Shown in pieces: positions 21,991 through 35,051 of a DNA stretch of 64,000 bases. The notes under the pieces are model-generated. The model did not search any database, was not told where the DNA came from, and worked only from the letters and a program-made list of their open reading frames with translations. The stretch is from assembly GCA_977018835.1 (NCBI GenBank), contig OZ361261.1, positions 806,001-870,000 of the forward strand, in the 5' to 3' direction. The stretch is from Minutocellus sp. GHC0000111. Lineage: Eukaryota. The stretch's first letter is position 1. The number at the start of each line of letters is the position of its first letter. The position numbers and the translations under genes were made by a program.

Positions 21991-23964
21991 ATGGACTTCT
22001 CCTTGTCGTCATCGGACGACGATCTGCCCTTTGGCGACACCGTATCTTCGTCCACCGCTGTGGCCAGGAGCCGGAAGCGGAGTCGACCGCCGCCGGCGCA
22101 AGCCGCCTCTTCGGCCGATGCCAATGCCAATGCCAATGATGAGGTTGTGGTCCTGGACTCGTCGTCGGATTCGGAGGACGACTTTGGTGTCGGCAGGGGT
22201 GATAACAATGGCAGCGATGATGATGGATTGCCGTCGCCGGCGTTTGGTGGTGACGCAAAATCGTCGGCACGTGCTGGAAGCAGTGACGGTACGAATAGTC
22301 GAGCTGGTACTGCCACTGCCACTGCATCATCGGCATCATATGCATCCAAGAGGGCTGCGTCTGCCACCAGCAAGGGCTATTCAGATTCGGATTCGTCCGA
22401 CGACGATGATCTCCTGGCGGGAGGACCGACCTTTGCCTCGCGTACCGGAAGCGGCAGTGCCTCCGCTGATCAAAGCAATGACGCCACCGAGAAGCTCAAG
22501 CGAACGCTCAGTCGATTGGAAAGTTTGTCCTCTGTGGCTTCGTCCACGGGCATGTCATCCAATTCTGCAAGTGGCAAGCCTCGGAAGCGCACTGCCGAGG
22601 AGCGGGCCGCGGAGGCAGCCGCCAAGAAACGTCAGAAGGCCCGGGAGGTGGAGGCACGGAAACGTGCGAGGGAGGCCGAACGTGCCGCCAAGGCAAAGCA
22701 GAAGGAGGAGGCGAAGGCGACCAAGGCCCGCCAGGTATTGGAGGACAAGCAGGCTAGTGGCAAGTTTGCGGCCGAGGAGATATGTGCATTAGTTGACGCT
22801 AGCTTGGCCAGGGCGGGGGCCGATGATGACAGCGATGCCGCTGCCTTTGCTGCTGCCGCGGCCGCTTCTGCTGCTGGGGAGGACAATGCACCGTTACCAA
22901 CTGGCTTGGGTCCATTTACCCTCGCATCATTGGAGGCCAAGAATTATAGGGCTGTAATTGAAGGCCAGACCACCATGTCCAATCGTCTCGGTGAGTCAGG
23001 CAGCATGGACAATGTGGCACCCGTCCGTTGGGATGGCCTTCCTGTTGGCCGTGGTGCGGGGTGCATCCGTTGGATTCGAAGGGATCACATTGCCGGTGGG
23101 TCGGCCGGCATTGCCTCGGCGCCGTCTAATGACGACAATGTCCAGCGCACCGATATGGTGGCAGTGGTATTTCACAATCCCAAGGCCTTTCTGAAGTTGT
23201 TGGAGAGGGACGCAGCCGCCGAGGCTCGAGACGACTATCCGGAATTGCGAATGTGGTTGCGGAATGTACGAGCGTCGATGGTGTCGCGATGGGAAACACG
23301 GTGGAAGAGCGATCCAAGTACTGGCGGAGGTAGGAAAGGGCGCGGCACGACAAGTGCTGCTAGAACTGCTGGTGCGTCGGGTAATACTGGCGATGACGAT
23401 CCGCAGTCTACCACACGAATTGTTCTGGTCCTGCACAAGGTTCAGGAAGAGCTACAGCGGCAGTGGAACCAGGGAGGGAGACGGAGGCGATCCTTTGCCC
23501 CAACATCCGAGGCAGAACTGAATGATGCGACCGTATGGTTGCTAATCGAGCAGCACGTAGAGTGCACGCTGACATCCACGGACGAAGAAAGTGCCGAATA
23601 CTCAGTGAATCTAACCCGAGCGCTGTCCGAGGCTCCGTATTATGATGACGTGACGGAGCTCCATTGTGTCGCCAAGCTCAAGGCGGACAGTGCTGCAACG
23701 ACGGCCGAAGAGAAGGCCAAATGTGCATGGATGAGGCAGGTGCAACAACTGCCGGGCTTGAGCGAAGCCAAGGCACGGAAACTTGTAGAGCATTATCCAA
23801 CCTTGATGAGTCTTTTTGATGAGTATGAAGATCCAACCCTCACCAATGACGAGAAGAAATGTCTCTTGGAGGACTGCCTGGTAGAGGGACGAAAGGCCAG
23901 GAAGCTCTCGGAATCGATGTACCGTCTTATGACTAGCAATGATCCCAATGAATTGATTGCATAA
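21991..23964 (+). CDS. EME1: EME1-like crossover junction endonuclease subunit (ERCC4 + HhH)
   Basis: Low-complexity and coiled N-terminus; TRALSEAPY; WMRQVQQLPGLSEAKA..HYPTLMSL; RKLSESMYRLMTSNDP. Confidence 0.75.
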   Translation: MDFSLSSSDDDLPFGDTVSSSTAVARSRKRSRPPPAQAASSADANANANDEVVVLDSSSDSEDDFGVGRGDNNGSDDDGLPSPAFGGDAKSSARAGSSDGTNSRAGTATATASSASYASKRAASATSKGYSDSDSSDDDDLLAGGPTFASRTGSGSASADQSNDATEKLKRTLSRLESLSSVASSTGMSSNSASGKPRKRTAEERAAEAAAKKRQKAREVEARKRAREAERAAKAKQKEEAKATKARQVLEDKQASGKFAAEEICALVDASLARAGADDDSDAAAFAAAAAASAAGEDNAPLPTGLGPFTLASLEAKNYRAVIEGQTTMSNRLGESGSMDNVAPVRWDGLPVGRGAGCIRWIRRDHIAGGSAGIASAPSNDDNVQRTDMVAVVFHNPKAFLKLLERDAAAEARDDYPELRMWLRNVRASMVSRWETRWKSDPSTGGGRKGRGTTSAARTAGASGNTGDDDPQSTTRIVLVLHKVQEELQRQWNQGGRRRRSFAPTSEAELNDATVWLLIEQHVECTLTSTDEESAEYSVNLTRALSEAPYYDDVTELHCVAKLKADSAATTAEEKAKCAWMRQVQQLPGLSEAKARKLVEHYPTLMSLFDEYEDPTLTNDEKKCLLEDCLVEGRKARKLSESMYRLMTSNDPNELIA

Positions 23965-24393
23965 GGCAGGTTGTAAGATATTATTAGAAAAATCTGTTTC
24001 CGAGCCAATGTTGAAAACTCTCAATGTTGCTACACTCGTGTGTAAATGCAAGCTTAGCTCTATTTCTTAGCTGTTCTATTTATATGCTAGGAGATGGGGA
24101 AAATATTCAATGTGCACCATACCTTCACGGACCAAGCACCGACGAAATAGCGCCAAAAACTTGGTTCATACCATACCAATGACGGATGGCGGCATTGCCT
24201 TGTCCGATCCGACATCGAATCTTCTTCCCATCTCCATTTCATTATCAGCCCATTGTATCATATATTCAAATTTACCAGCCACCTCCTCAATTCAATCAAA
24301 AATCATTCGCCTCTACTTGCCAATTTCATAGCATAATAGTACCGAAGTACCCAATCCATACCGTCAATTCAAATAACCAACTTCAATCATCCT

Positions 24394-25318
24394 CTATTCG
24401 TCCATGGAGTACTTGCGTCGCTTGGACGGATGGAGGAGGGCCTCCTCGTCATCAATGGCATCAGTGCCGAACAGCCGATCACCGGCATCGCCCAAGCCGG
24501 GAAGGACCTGGCCCTGCTCATCAAGCTTGTCGTCAACGGTGCCGACGCTGACACAAATGTCGGGATGGGCGTCCACGAGCTTCTTGAGACCGTCGCGGCT
24601 GGCAATGACGCTCAAAACGTGAATTTTGGGGACGCCCCACTGCGCTCCGACGAATGAGATTGCAACAGACATATGTTAGCGGTGTAATGACGCGGTTGGG
24701 GGGGCAAGCGAGATGAATTCACAAGATGCAATAGATTCGGAAATGCAATGCCAATTGCAACGTGTCAATTGAAGAAAAAGAATTCTGTTGGGATCTTACC
24801 TTCTTGAGCATTTTCACAACGCTCATAATGGTATTGCCAGTGGCCATGACGGGGTCCAGGACGTAGGCGACGTCGCTTTCGCATTTCTTCGGGAGGCGGT
24901 TGTAGTACTGGACCGGCACCAATCCCTGGCGGTACATTCCAATGTGATGGACGCCGGCATTCGGCAGAAGCTCGAGCATCGACTCGCACATTCCGAGGCC
25001 GGAGCGGAGGATGGGGATGATGGCGATGCGCTCGGCAATCTTGGTGCCGGTGGAATCGATGTGGTCTTGGCCCAGAGGGACGTTGAGTGCCACCGGCTTG
25101 GTGGTCAGGGTCGACGTGGCCTCATACCCAAGGTGGAAGGTAATCTCTCGGAGTGCACGACGGAATTCGCCCGGATTTGTGGATGACGATCGGAGAACGC
25201 TGATTTTGTGCGAGAGGACGGGGTGCTTGGAGATGTGGACGTTGGGGCCGAATGACGCAACGTCGGTGGTGATTGCCGCTACTGCCTCGCTGGAGCTGGT
25301 GCCGTTGGTGGTTGCCAT
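24394..25318 (-). CDS. UPRT: Uracil phosphoribosyltransferase; intron 24640-24799
   Basis: HPVLSHK, IPILRSGLGM, LDPVMATGNT, PGLGDAGDRLFGT. Confidence 0.95.
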
Positions 25319-25602
25319 TGTATTCTGTTGTTGAAGTCAGATCAATCGAAAGTGATGATGGATCGAGAATTCTTTGGCCAACTTGCCGACGCACGCATTC
25401 TCTGTGGCGGCGGCGGGGGCCAGTATCTTTTCGTGCGTACGTAGATAGTACGTAGTACGAATGACGACGGTCGGTCCTTCATTCTGCAGCTCTCTGCAGA
25501 TGCATTTGATGTACATGTAGATAGTAATGCACCTCTATGTGCCTGACTTTTTCTTAGATACTGTAGAAATAGAGCTTGAATTCATAAATGTATCTCATTA
25601 TT

Positions 25603-27648
25603 TTAAAGCAAACTCATCAACACAGTAGAAGCTGCGAGCACACATGCTCCCGCTGAAGTGCCAACTCCAGTCCAAGAGCCCATCGAAGTATCATCCTCAA
25701 CAAGATCTGTTGGTTCCATGCCATTGTCAATTTCTTCCATCTTGCCATCATTTTCTTCGGGCGCAGTTTCCTTTTCCGTATCATCATCTATCATCCCCAT
25801 CTTCTCCTTGGCATCTTTGGAGGATATAAAGGGTCCGAACCATTCCTGAAAGAGATCTGGTAGTACCCCCGCCTCACGGGCCTCGTGCACCCAACCATCA
25901 AGGCGCACATAGTGGCTTGGTGGAAGGTCAGATCTGAGAGGGAGTGAGCTGAAGAATGTCCTATCAAAAATATTCTCGAATGTAGCTGTCACAGTAATAT
26001 TGGGAACGGCGGTGGCTGCATTGACGAAGCCATCCGGGATGATGTCCGGCACAAAGTCGCACTCTCCGTTGGCAAGCTTGGTATAGCACTCGTCAAAAGA
26101 GGCACAATCAACCAAGGTGTTGCTGATGGCCAAGTAGTCTTCCCTCGAGAAGGCGGTGCCGTCCTTGAAGCACACGGATCCTCCAGCTTCATTCGCCTCT
26201 TCGAGTGTAGCGAAGGGGCTGCTATCGAGCTTGAATAGAGTGATGAAATAGGATGCATATCGGTAAGGGAAGGTCACAATTTGCTGACGGTTGGGAGTTG
26301 CCGTGAAGTCACCAATGAGAATCTGCAGCAAGTGCAAGGAAGAAAAGAACGTGCAATAAAGGACTGTGCTGTCAATATTGATTGATTCAATAAGAATTCA
26401 TGTTAAAAATGCAATACATGTATGGAGAGACAGACACATTTTGAGAAGAGCACTCACGTCGAATGGGGAAGCACCGAGACCTTCGATAGCCCCGTTGTAA
26501 GTGCCAGGTGGGTTGAATATATTGCCGTTATCGCTGAAGACTCTGTCCGAGTTATCGGTCCCCTCTATAACAACATTGAGCTTTCCATCCGATATCTCCT
26601 CCAGACTTTTGACATAATCAATGAGCAAGCCCTTAATCTCGCCTGTCGCCCCATCCTCAAAGACATACGGGAAATGCTCGTAAAGGGCTGCATTGAGAGT
26701 AATCACAGCATCATCGGCAATTTCATCGACCTCGGCAAGTAAATTCAGTGTATCTTGCCCAAAATATTCCTCCATTAGCTCCGGGATGATGTCGGCAGCC
26801 ATATCGGACCACAGATTGAGATTTTGGAGGATGTTTGGGTCAAGAGACGAACGCAGAGGTGTAGCAATGTACGATAGTTCAGTGGGTGCTGCACCCTTGT
26901 TGGCAAGAGGGGGTCCAGTAAACTCGATCTCCTCCAGTGTTTGGGCAGCGAAGCCAACGTAAACCGCTCCACCCACGCCGAAGTTACAACCGCCATCGGC
27001 GAGAAGCTTAGCACAGGCAGCTGTCGTCGGACCACATGGTACCTGATTGTCTACAAATGGGCCGTATTCAGCATCAATCGCTGAGTCTTCTAGGAGACAC
27101 ACCGTGCCATTCGCAGCGTTGACGTCTTCAATAGAGTTCAAGTTGGCATTCGATCCAAGGCGATATCCTGTCACAAAAGTTGCACTGAATGGCTGGGGAG
27201 GGAAGGTGACGATCTGAGTGCGCTCCTCGGTAATGAAATAATCACCAGCAATCATATCAAGACAGCCGGTAGCTACGTTTTCACATTCGTCGGTGAGGGT
27301 GGCAAGCGCACCATTGAATGTGGACAGATCACCCTCTAGCGCAACAAAGTCAAACTGCAAATCATAACGCAACCCGTCATCGGATGCTCCTGGTATGACT
27401 TCGGCAACGCACTGCAACTCCTTCAGCCAGTCGGCAAGATATCCACTATAGAGGTTGTCGTCGAGAAAGACTGGAGCTGCACCGGGAACGATTCCAACTC
27501 GAAGCGTCAGTGGGACAGGGGTACTCGTAGACAAGTCGTTTACTCCCTCAGCTTCAACGAGACGACGGGAGCGTTTGAGACAAGCGTTGCAAAGGGGAAC
27601 CAAACCCACAACGTTGAGGATAAGAATGGCAATTCTGGGGGGGGTCAT
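25603..27648 (-). CDS. Secreted protein with two tandem type-II periplasmic-binding (SBP family 3/iGluR-LBD-like) domains and hydrophobic C-tail; intron 26323-26457
   Basis: Repeated motifs GYLADWL / GLLIDYV and DMIAGDYFITEERTQIVTF / DILIGDFTATPNRQQIVTF; signal peptide; C-terminal hydrophobic stretch. Confidence 0.75.
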
Positions 27649-28078
27649 CTTTCTTTTCGATTTTCTATCCAGTCCAATATCTGGTTGCTACGAGTGAAAC
27701 AAGGTAGAAAGATAATCATCAAGTCCGGCCTGGTGCCACGGCCGGTGCAGTCCGTTTTGTCTTAGATCTGCCTCGCGGTCTTTTCGCTCCTTGCTTGCAT
27801 GTATGTATGTGTGGACGGTATCTTTTTTCGAGGTTTTACGTACGTACGTTCTTGGAAGGTTCGCGAACCGGTACAACCCTAATTTCAGCCGTAGCCCTTT
27901 CAGAATGTGATGTGCGAACCGTTCGCCTTCCGTTCCACGACAGCCGAGAAAGTTGACTGCGTGAGATTCGATTCCAGCGATACCAAATGGTACACATAAA
28001 AAGAAAGAAGGGACCAAGCAGGAGTTCTGAATGTAATAACATAAACACAGGATCTCTAACCATAATCAAAGCGCAGCC

Positions 28079-30439
28079 ATGTTGTTCGAGAGCAACAATG
28101 AAGACGGAGACGACGAGCTCTACTACGGCTACGTGGAAACAACGCGCGATGCAGGAAATATTCCTCTCATACTTTCGCTGGTGATCTGTCTCATCACTTT
28201 GCTAACCCTGCCCCTCACGGTGACCATCGTTCGAAGGTACCAGCGTCGCTCGCGCTCGGGTGATAGTTGCGCCCAAACCGAACGGAGCGACCATGACAGT
28301 GGCCATGTCGACGAAGGGCAACACGAAGCATCTGCTTCGGTCCCACCAACTAGCCAGCGGTCACCCGAAGCGTTCGACGTCTTTCCTTCCATTCCACTCG
28401 TAGGAACGTTGTCAGAGGACATGAGTGAGCTCAACCCTCTAGACGCTGGGATTCGAAGGAGACGCCGTGGCGCAACACGCGCCGACAATGTTGGAAAGAG
28501 GCGACTCCAGGTCCAGCGCGGCATAGCGGAGGAGGGCCGAGTGTCGGTCATTCGACACCAAATGGAAGGAGGGAAAGTGGCAGGTGGAGTTTCCATAGTC
28601 ATCCGTGAAGATGGCATCGAAGCAAGTCGACACTCACCGCCACCCAGCGCTCGGCGAGCGGTCAAACGTCCGCTAGAATCTCCGGGGCAACATTTCGAAA
28701 GGAGGAAAGGGGGTGAACAGGACAACGATGAATCAACCAAGAAGGAAACTTTGCGAGAAAGAGTTTCTCAGTCAGTCGACTTTTTCCTCGACTTGGTATC
28801 GTATGACAATGAGACCAAAAGAATACTTCGACTCGCCGTGCCCTTCACCATCAGTGCTTTGCTTGAAACTGTTGTGGATCTTGTCGAGTTGGCGATAGTG
28901 AGTTTCTACCTCGGCACCGAAGCCATGGTAGCCTGGGCACTTGTAGATATCATAGTTGGTATCAGCAGTGAATTCTTGGGAGGCTTCATCGAAAGCGTCT
29001 CCTCGTTGACTCCCATGGCATCTGGGGCTGGCAATAACCGCTTGTGCGGAGAGTACTTTCAAATCATAACGTGGTTCTATGTCCTCTGTCAGATTCCCTT
29101 TGTCTTAATTTGGACTTTTTCGATGGAGTCCATCATGCTGCTCATGGGTTTTGATGAGTACACCTCGTTGCTGGCCAAAGATTTTGCCCGCGTTGCGATA
29201 TTCGTTGATATTGTAGAAGGAGTTTCGGAGGGATTCTACGATTTTCTGGAAGTCATCGGGCGTGAGACATATTCCAATGTTTTGGGCTGCATCGAAGCAC
29301 TAGTTGAATTGGGTCTGATTGCTCTATTCGCGATCAAAACCGACGCAGATCTAGTTATTCTTGGTCTAATCATGATCGTGAATATCAGCTTCTTCTTGTT
29401 CTTGAACATTGCAATCACCGTTTACAAGGGCTGGTTAAAAGCCTTCGAATATGGTCTCATTGGTGGGTGTGCATTCCGCAACCGCACCGCGGTAAGACAG
29501 GTTATCAAAACATCAGTCCCTCTCGCATTTGGCAGTCTAATGGCATATGCTGAGTGGGAGATTTTGACAGTCTTTGCAGCTTTCTTGGGACCTGCAGAGG
29601 CTGCATCCTGGGCAACTTTAAGCTTCGTATGGGATACTTTTGAAGCAACTACGGAGGGAATAGGTGATGCTGCTGAAGTGCGGTGCGCATATCATCTCGG
29701 TAAGAATCGGCCAGACATGGCCAAAAGGACGAGCTACAAAAGTATTCATCTCGCGGCTATTCTCGCTCTCATTGCCACATCAATATTTCTCATCATGGGG
29801 GAAGACCTTCCTACTTGGCTCACTAGTGACCCGACACTTCAGCACATGTTGGCACAACAGATTCCGCTTGTTGGTATCGGGGTGAGTTATACATATGACA
29901 TCTTTATGAACGTCCAAAGCATTTGCATGCATTTTCTAATTACTATTCTGCCTTAATTTTCCTCATCATCATCACATCTCTAAATGCAGAACATCACCAT
30001 GAACATGGGAATGGTGGCGTGGGCATTAATTGGGGCTCAAGCACGGTATCGACTGGCTACTTCCATTGCTCTGGCCTGCTCTTGGTTTATTACAATCCCA
30101 TTAGCAGCTGTGATGACTTATGGGCTCAATATTGACTTGCGAGGTCTTACCTTTTCCGTCGTTATTGGGTATGCTGTCGCTGCTAATCTACTATCTTCAG
30201 TCTTGCTGCTCTCTGATTGGGAAACGATGGCTCGAAAAATCAGAGACATCCATGCTATTACTGGAGAGGTTGATAGCTCCGACTCGGATTCCGATGATGA
30301 CAGTAGCGTTTCGTCCTCCTCGTCAACGAGTTCATCGTCGAGTTCGTCGTCCTCCTCGTCATCGAGTTCGTCGAGCAGTTCATCCCCGAGTGACTCAAAC
30401 CCAGATCAGGTGGGATTGCATTGTACAAATTGCACATAG
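28079..30439 (+). CDS. MATE-family transporter; intron 29882-29989
   Basis: RILRLAVP, multiple TM segments, EWEILTVFAAFLG, VRCAYHLG; poly-Ser tail. Confidence 0.88.
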
Positions 30440-30545
30440 AAAACACTAGCTCTAGGTTTACATAATCGAGTAAATATACATTCGATACGTGCTTCTTTTG
30501 TCTCTGACTTTTGTCTCTACTCTCTGTCAGAATTCTAATTTCTGT

Positions 30546-32369
30546 TTATTGGTTGGTTGCAGTTGAAGCAGCCGTATCATCTACAAGCTCAAAGAGGTTT
30601 GCATTGAGGAGGATTTCATTCACTTCATCGCCAAGCGCCCACTTCTTATCCGCAAGAATCTCCTTTATTTCCTCGTCTTGTAGCAATTTAGCGGCTTTAT
30701 CTGGATCTGAATAAATGCCTTCAGCATCCACCTCACAACATCATCTTGGCCATACGAAATCGCATGGTGGAAAGGAGTGTGTCCTGTCGAGTCTGGTTCG
30801 TAAAAATCTACTCCTTGCTCATATAAATAATTACATACATCGACATCTCCGCCCGCGGTCGCCCAATGAGCTGTATGGCATCCTTTGTGATTGACATGAT
30901 GTGGATCCGCACCGTAAGATATGAGAAGTTTCGCAACGTCGAGGCTTTTTGCCCATACTGCAAACATTAGTGGAGTATTGTTCGTCCAGCTCTTTGTATT
31001 GGCCAGATCAGCAGCACACTCTCCGGCCTCTTCCAGCAGATGACGACAAATGCTTTCATGACCTTGAATCGAAAGAGATGGTATCAAAAGCGATGAGATA
31101 GGGTGAGCGAAAGCTAAGCGAGTTCGTTCGTTTATTACAGATCAGATACAATCGTTTCCGATTCAATCCCTCAGCATGTTTTAACTTACCTCCAGAGCCA
31201 AATTTGTTGTCATCGATTCCACAGGCTGCCCAATGCAATGGTGTAGCTCCATCTTTTGAGTTTTGAGTGCTTAGAACGACCTCTGCTTCGGGGCAAGCCA
31301 GATCACGGTAGGATTGGCTCTTCAATTTCAACACAAAGATTTCACTGCGGGCAAATTTCCTCGCCCACACGCCCATGCCAGTGGCGAGGCACCGTGTCGA
31401 TCTGGCTCGAGATGGTTGGCGCCATGACTCACTAGAAGATCAACAAATTGTCCGGGAGTAGAACCAAGTAATGCGTACAAATCCTCGCGCTCACGCTTGG
31501 CAGCTGCCAACAACCCTCCTCGGAAGGCTTCTTCAAATTGTTCCACTCGAGACGCGCTATGAGCAGCAGCGCCAAATACACTGCTTCCGCTCATAACACG
31601 CTGTGAATCTGCTGCCCATTTCATGGCAAGCATCGCAAATTCTGCGGGAGGTGCGTTGCACGCTCCCAGAAACTGCTTCAATCGTTTGCCCTTGGCCATG
31701 AGCAATTCCTTTCCGCTTGGAAGACCAAAATGTTGCTGGCCCAAAGAATTCAGGAGGAATAGATGATTTTGCCTTGTCTGATATTCTCAAAGTGTGTGGA
31801 CTGTCAATTTCTTTGATATCACATTCTTCCTCTTCATTGTGAAAGGTCTCTTCTTCCGCCCAGATCAGGTCGCCGTCACCTCCGCCGAGTGTCTTAACAA
31901 TGAACTGCATCTTGGGCGCGAGCTGCGAGTGTACGTCCAGAGATAGTAGCTGAGGGTATACTTCAGACATTTCATCAATTTCGGCTTCGGTATATCCGCA
32001 GGAAAGGAGAAACTCGCGAGGTTCAGCACATCGAAGCCAACATTCGACGCTGATGTCTTCGTTGTGGCGAAACAGATGTTTGAAGACTTGGGGCTTTTGC
32101 TTTCGACGCTGCAGTTTTCTTTGGACGCTCCTTTCACTCTTGGGCAGATGATCAGTCGATGAAACCACATTGATCGGAGAGGGGTCTGCACTTTCACCAA
32201 TCGTAATGTCTGGTGTGGGGAGGGGCGCGTCGTGTCGACATGTCAAAGGCGTTCTCCTACTTTGCTTCAGTGATTGATGCAGTAGATCCAGCGGTGGGGG
32301 GGAGAAGGATGACACCACCGAGCGCGAGAGAATCGATATCAGAAGGAGGAGGGGATACATCCAAACCAT
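30546..32369 (-). pseudogene. mTERF-like plus ankyrin-repeat protein with three frameshifts; intron 31063-31189
   Basis: YPQLLSLDVHSQLAPKMQF; ankyrin motifs GASPLAWAC, GATPLHWAA, TPLMFA, TAHWA; frame breaks at ~31741, ~31333 and ~30716. Confidence 0.78.
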
Positions 32370-32688
32370 CTTTGTCTAGCTAGCTACCTAGTTGGCGGCT
32401 ATTAGATGTGGATTTTCTACTTCAGTTGGAGCATTGTGGCAGCTCTCGGCTCTTCGGAGGGAAAATGCACCGGCCACGCATCACTTGCTTGGTTGACAGC
32501 ATGGTTCGCATCTCGCATCTCAGGAGGATTGAAGGATGCCCGCATACCTTGGTTGTGGCTTTGTGCTGCCGCTGCAGCAAGGCAGTCGGAAGGCAGAAGG
32601 GGCGCGCGCGCATGCGCAATGAGCGTCATTCTCGGCATCGTACGTTCGGGTGGTAAGCACTTCGACTTGCCATTCCTCCGGCCAAAGC

Positions 32689-33504
32689 ATGAAAGCTGCA
32701 CCCTCGCTTGCACCACTCGCGTTTGTCGCGTCACTCCTGTCGATTGGTCTGGTCGAATCATTTGCGCCAAAAGCAGTGGCATCAGCAGCTCGTGCCTCCG
32801 GTACCAGTACCGTACCTCACCTATCCGCCACGGCACCAACCAATGACGGCAATGACGCATCAGGAACAGCGGTAGCAAGGCCGAAAGCAATCGTCTTCGA
32901 CCTTGATGGATGCTTATGGCGGCCAGAGATGTACGAACTCGTGTGGTTCAGCAAGGGTCAGGGCGCACCCTTCTCGCCACATCCTGATGAGCCCGGCTCA
33001 TTAATATCAGTTGCTGGCGAGCCAATTCGTCTCCTGGGAGATGTACGAGAAGTCATGAGAGAATTGCTTCAAGATCCAAAGTGGGAGGATTGTCATATTG
33101 GCATTAGCAGTCGAACTGATGAACCCAATTGGGCACGAGAATTGCTGCAAAAGTTTACAATTGATGAGCAGCCTGATCCTGACGATGAGCGGCCAACCGT
33201 GCTGCAGGATGTATTTGAGAATAGTCCCATCATCGAGATTGCCAAAGATGGCAAGGTTCAACACTTTCAGAGAATAGCAAATACACTCGGGATATCATTC
33301 GGAGATATGCTCTTCTTTGACAATGAAAGTGGAAATTGCAGAGAGGTTGCGAGGCTGGGAGTCACGGTGGCATACTGTCCCGATGGTATCGATCGACGAG
33401 TTTTTGAAGTGGCACTTGAGGCATTTCCACAAACTGGCGGTGATGTTGTCGGCCTTGATGTTTATGGATATGACAGTCTGGAGGGAGCCGAGAGGTTTTA
33501 CTAG
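32689..33504 (+). CDS. MDP1: Magnesium-dependent phosphatase 1 (HAD IIIC), plastid-type presequence
   Basis: VFDLDGCLW, SSRTDEP, K..HF, MLFFDNE..N; signal ending VESFAP. Confidence 0.88.
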   Translation: MKAAPSLAPLAFVASLLSIGLVESFAPKAVASAARASGTSTVPHLSATAPTNDGNDASGTAVARPKAIVFDLDGCLWRPEMYELVWFSKGQGAPFSPHPDEPGSLISVAGEPIRLLGDVREVMRELLQDPKWEDCHIGISSRTDEPNWARELLQKFTIDEQPDPDDERPTVLQDVFENSPIIEIAKDGKVQHFQRIANTLGISFGDMLFFDNESGNCREVARLGVTVAYCPDGIDRRVFEVALEAFPQTGGDVVGLDVYGYDSLEGAERFY

Positions 33505-35051
33505 CTAGATTTTACGTAGTACATGTATGGATGAAGGGGTATTTTGTCTAATCTATGATAATTCCTGGCCTGTTCCTTTTTATTTTGAACGGTGATTAAT
33601 AACGCCCAGATACCTGCGCAAACAATTCCCATTACTGCAAATACCCAGCACACTTTCTCAGCTGAGAAATATGCCTGGTCTTGTAATAGGCCAGCTAGGA
33701 GAGCAGATAATGCTTCAAAAGAAACTGACAGAGAGTCATCAAGGGCCGATACGCGTCCCAGAAACTGATTCTTTGAGTGACTCAGTATGAGCAGATCAGA
33801 ATCTAGCCACAGGATTTCCGCTCCAAGGGAAGAAAACGCCATCAAGATGCATATACCAACAAATGAGTCAATGAGTGCAAGACCACCCCATGACAATGCA
33901 ATCAGTGCAAATGATGCTGCCGAGGCAAACATCAATGTCCTTGGGCGCTCAATGTCAGTGCAAAGATTCGAGACGAACGGGCCAAAGACACAACCGAGGC
34001 CATAAGATGTATAAATGATACCCAATCGTTGGCTGCTTTCATCGGGGCCGCTGTTCTGTTCGGAAAATGCCACGGCGATGACTTCCACTGCTCCATACAA
34101 CAGCATTCCCGTTGCTTTTATGAAAACAAAGGGAAAGACCGAGCCATTCCAAATGTATTTGAATCCAGAGACCATCATTGAACAGTAGCTTGGCTCGGCA
34201 CCTTCATTGCTGCTGTTTGGTAGAGCAATACTTTGATTGTCTTCTTCGATGCATTCGCTGTCATCTTCATCTTCACTGTCTGCCGTCCATTCTCCGGACA
34301 TGAGCCATAACAGTAACGCGCTTATCAAACCCGTGCAACAGTCGAGAACAAAGCAAAATTGAAGACCGAACCAAGCGACGCAAAATCCTCCCAAGCCAGC
34401 ACCAAATGCCGACATCACTGCATATGCTGTCTCCGTCCAGACGCACCCCTGCTCCATGAGTTTAGCTGTTGGAGTCAATTGCGGATACATGGCCTCACTA
34501 CTGGGGAGATAGAGAGCCGCGATGATTTCTTGGCCGAAAACAATCGCATACATGAGAAGTAGCGAGTTAGAACTTATGGCGCCAAGATAGCCAAGTGACA
34601 TCAAGGCTGAAACAGTATCCAAACAAATCATTGTGCGTTTGCGATCGGTGGAATCGGACAATAGCCCGCCGAGGGCCGAGAAGAATACCTTGGGAAGGAG
34701 ACGTAAGATCACCAGCATCGATATGGCCAAAGCAGAAGAAGAAACTTCGCTGCCATCTCCATCACCACTTTTGTTGGCATTGCCACCAGCTTTATCTTCG
34801 TTGGAAATGTCTTCAATGAAGCGAACACAGGCAATGTATGCAAACCATTCGCCGGCGTGTGAAATCAGTCCGGATAGAATGTAGAGACGGAAATTTCTGT
34901 CTGAGCAAAAGAAGGCCCAGATTGACTCTTCATTGTCGCTTTTGTCGGCAGCATCTGCCGAAGAAGAATTAACTCTAACTAAAGGGCTTTGTTCGGTAGT
35001 ACTGGCATCTAATGCCGGTGTCGTGTCTGGTCCTTTTTGGGCGTCTCCCAT
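33501..35051 (-). CDS. MFS transporter
   Basis: About 12 hydrophobic segments, GLLSDSTDRKR (motif A-like), LGRVSAL. Confidence 0.88.
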   Translation of the reverse strand: MGDAQKGPDTTPALDASTTEQSPLVRVNSSSADAADKSDNEESIWAFFCSDRNFRLYILSGLISHAGEWFAYIACVRFIEDISNEDKAGGNANKSGDGDGSEVSSSALAISMLVILRLLPKVFFSALGGLLSDSTDRKRTMICLDTVSALMSLGYLGAISSNSLLLMYAIVFGQEIIAALYLPSSEAMYPQLTPTAKLMEQGCVWTETAYAVMSAFGAGLGGFCVAWFGLQFCFVLDCCTGLISALLLWLMSGEWTADSEDEDDSECIEEDNQSIALPNSSNEGAEPSYCSMMVSGFKYIWNGSVFPFVFIKATGMLLYGAVEVIAVAFSEQNSGPDESSQRLGIIYTSYGLGCVFGPFVSNLCTDIERPRTLMFASAASFALIALSWGGLALIDSFVGICILMAFSSLGAEILWLDSDLLILSHSKNQFLGRVSALDDSLSVSFEALSALLAGLLQDQAYFSAEKVCWVFAVMGIVCAGIWALLITVQNKKEQARNYHRLDKIPLHPYMYYVKSS

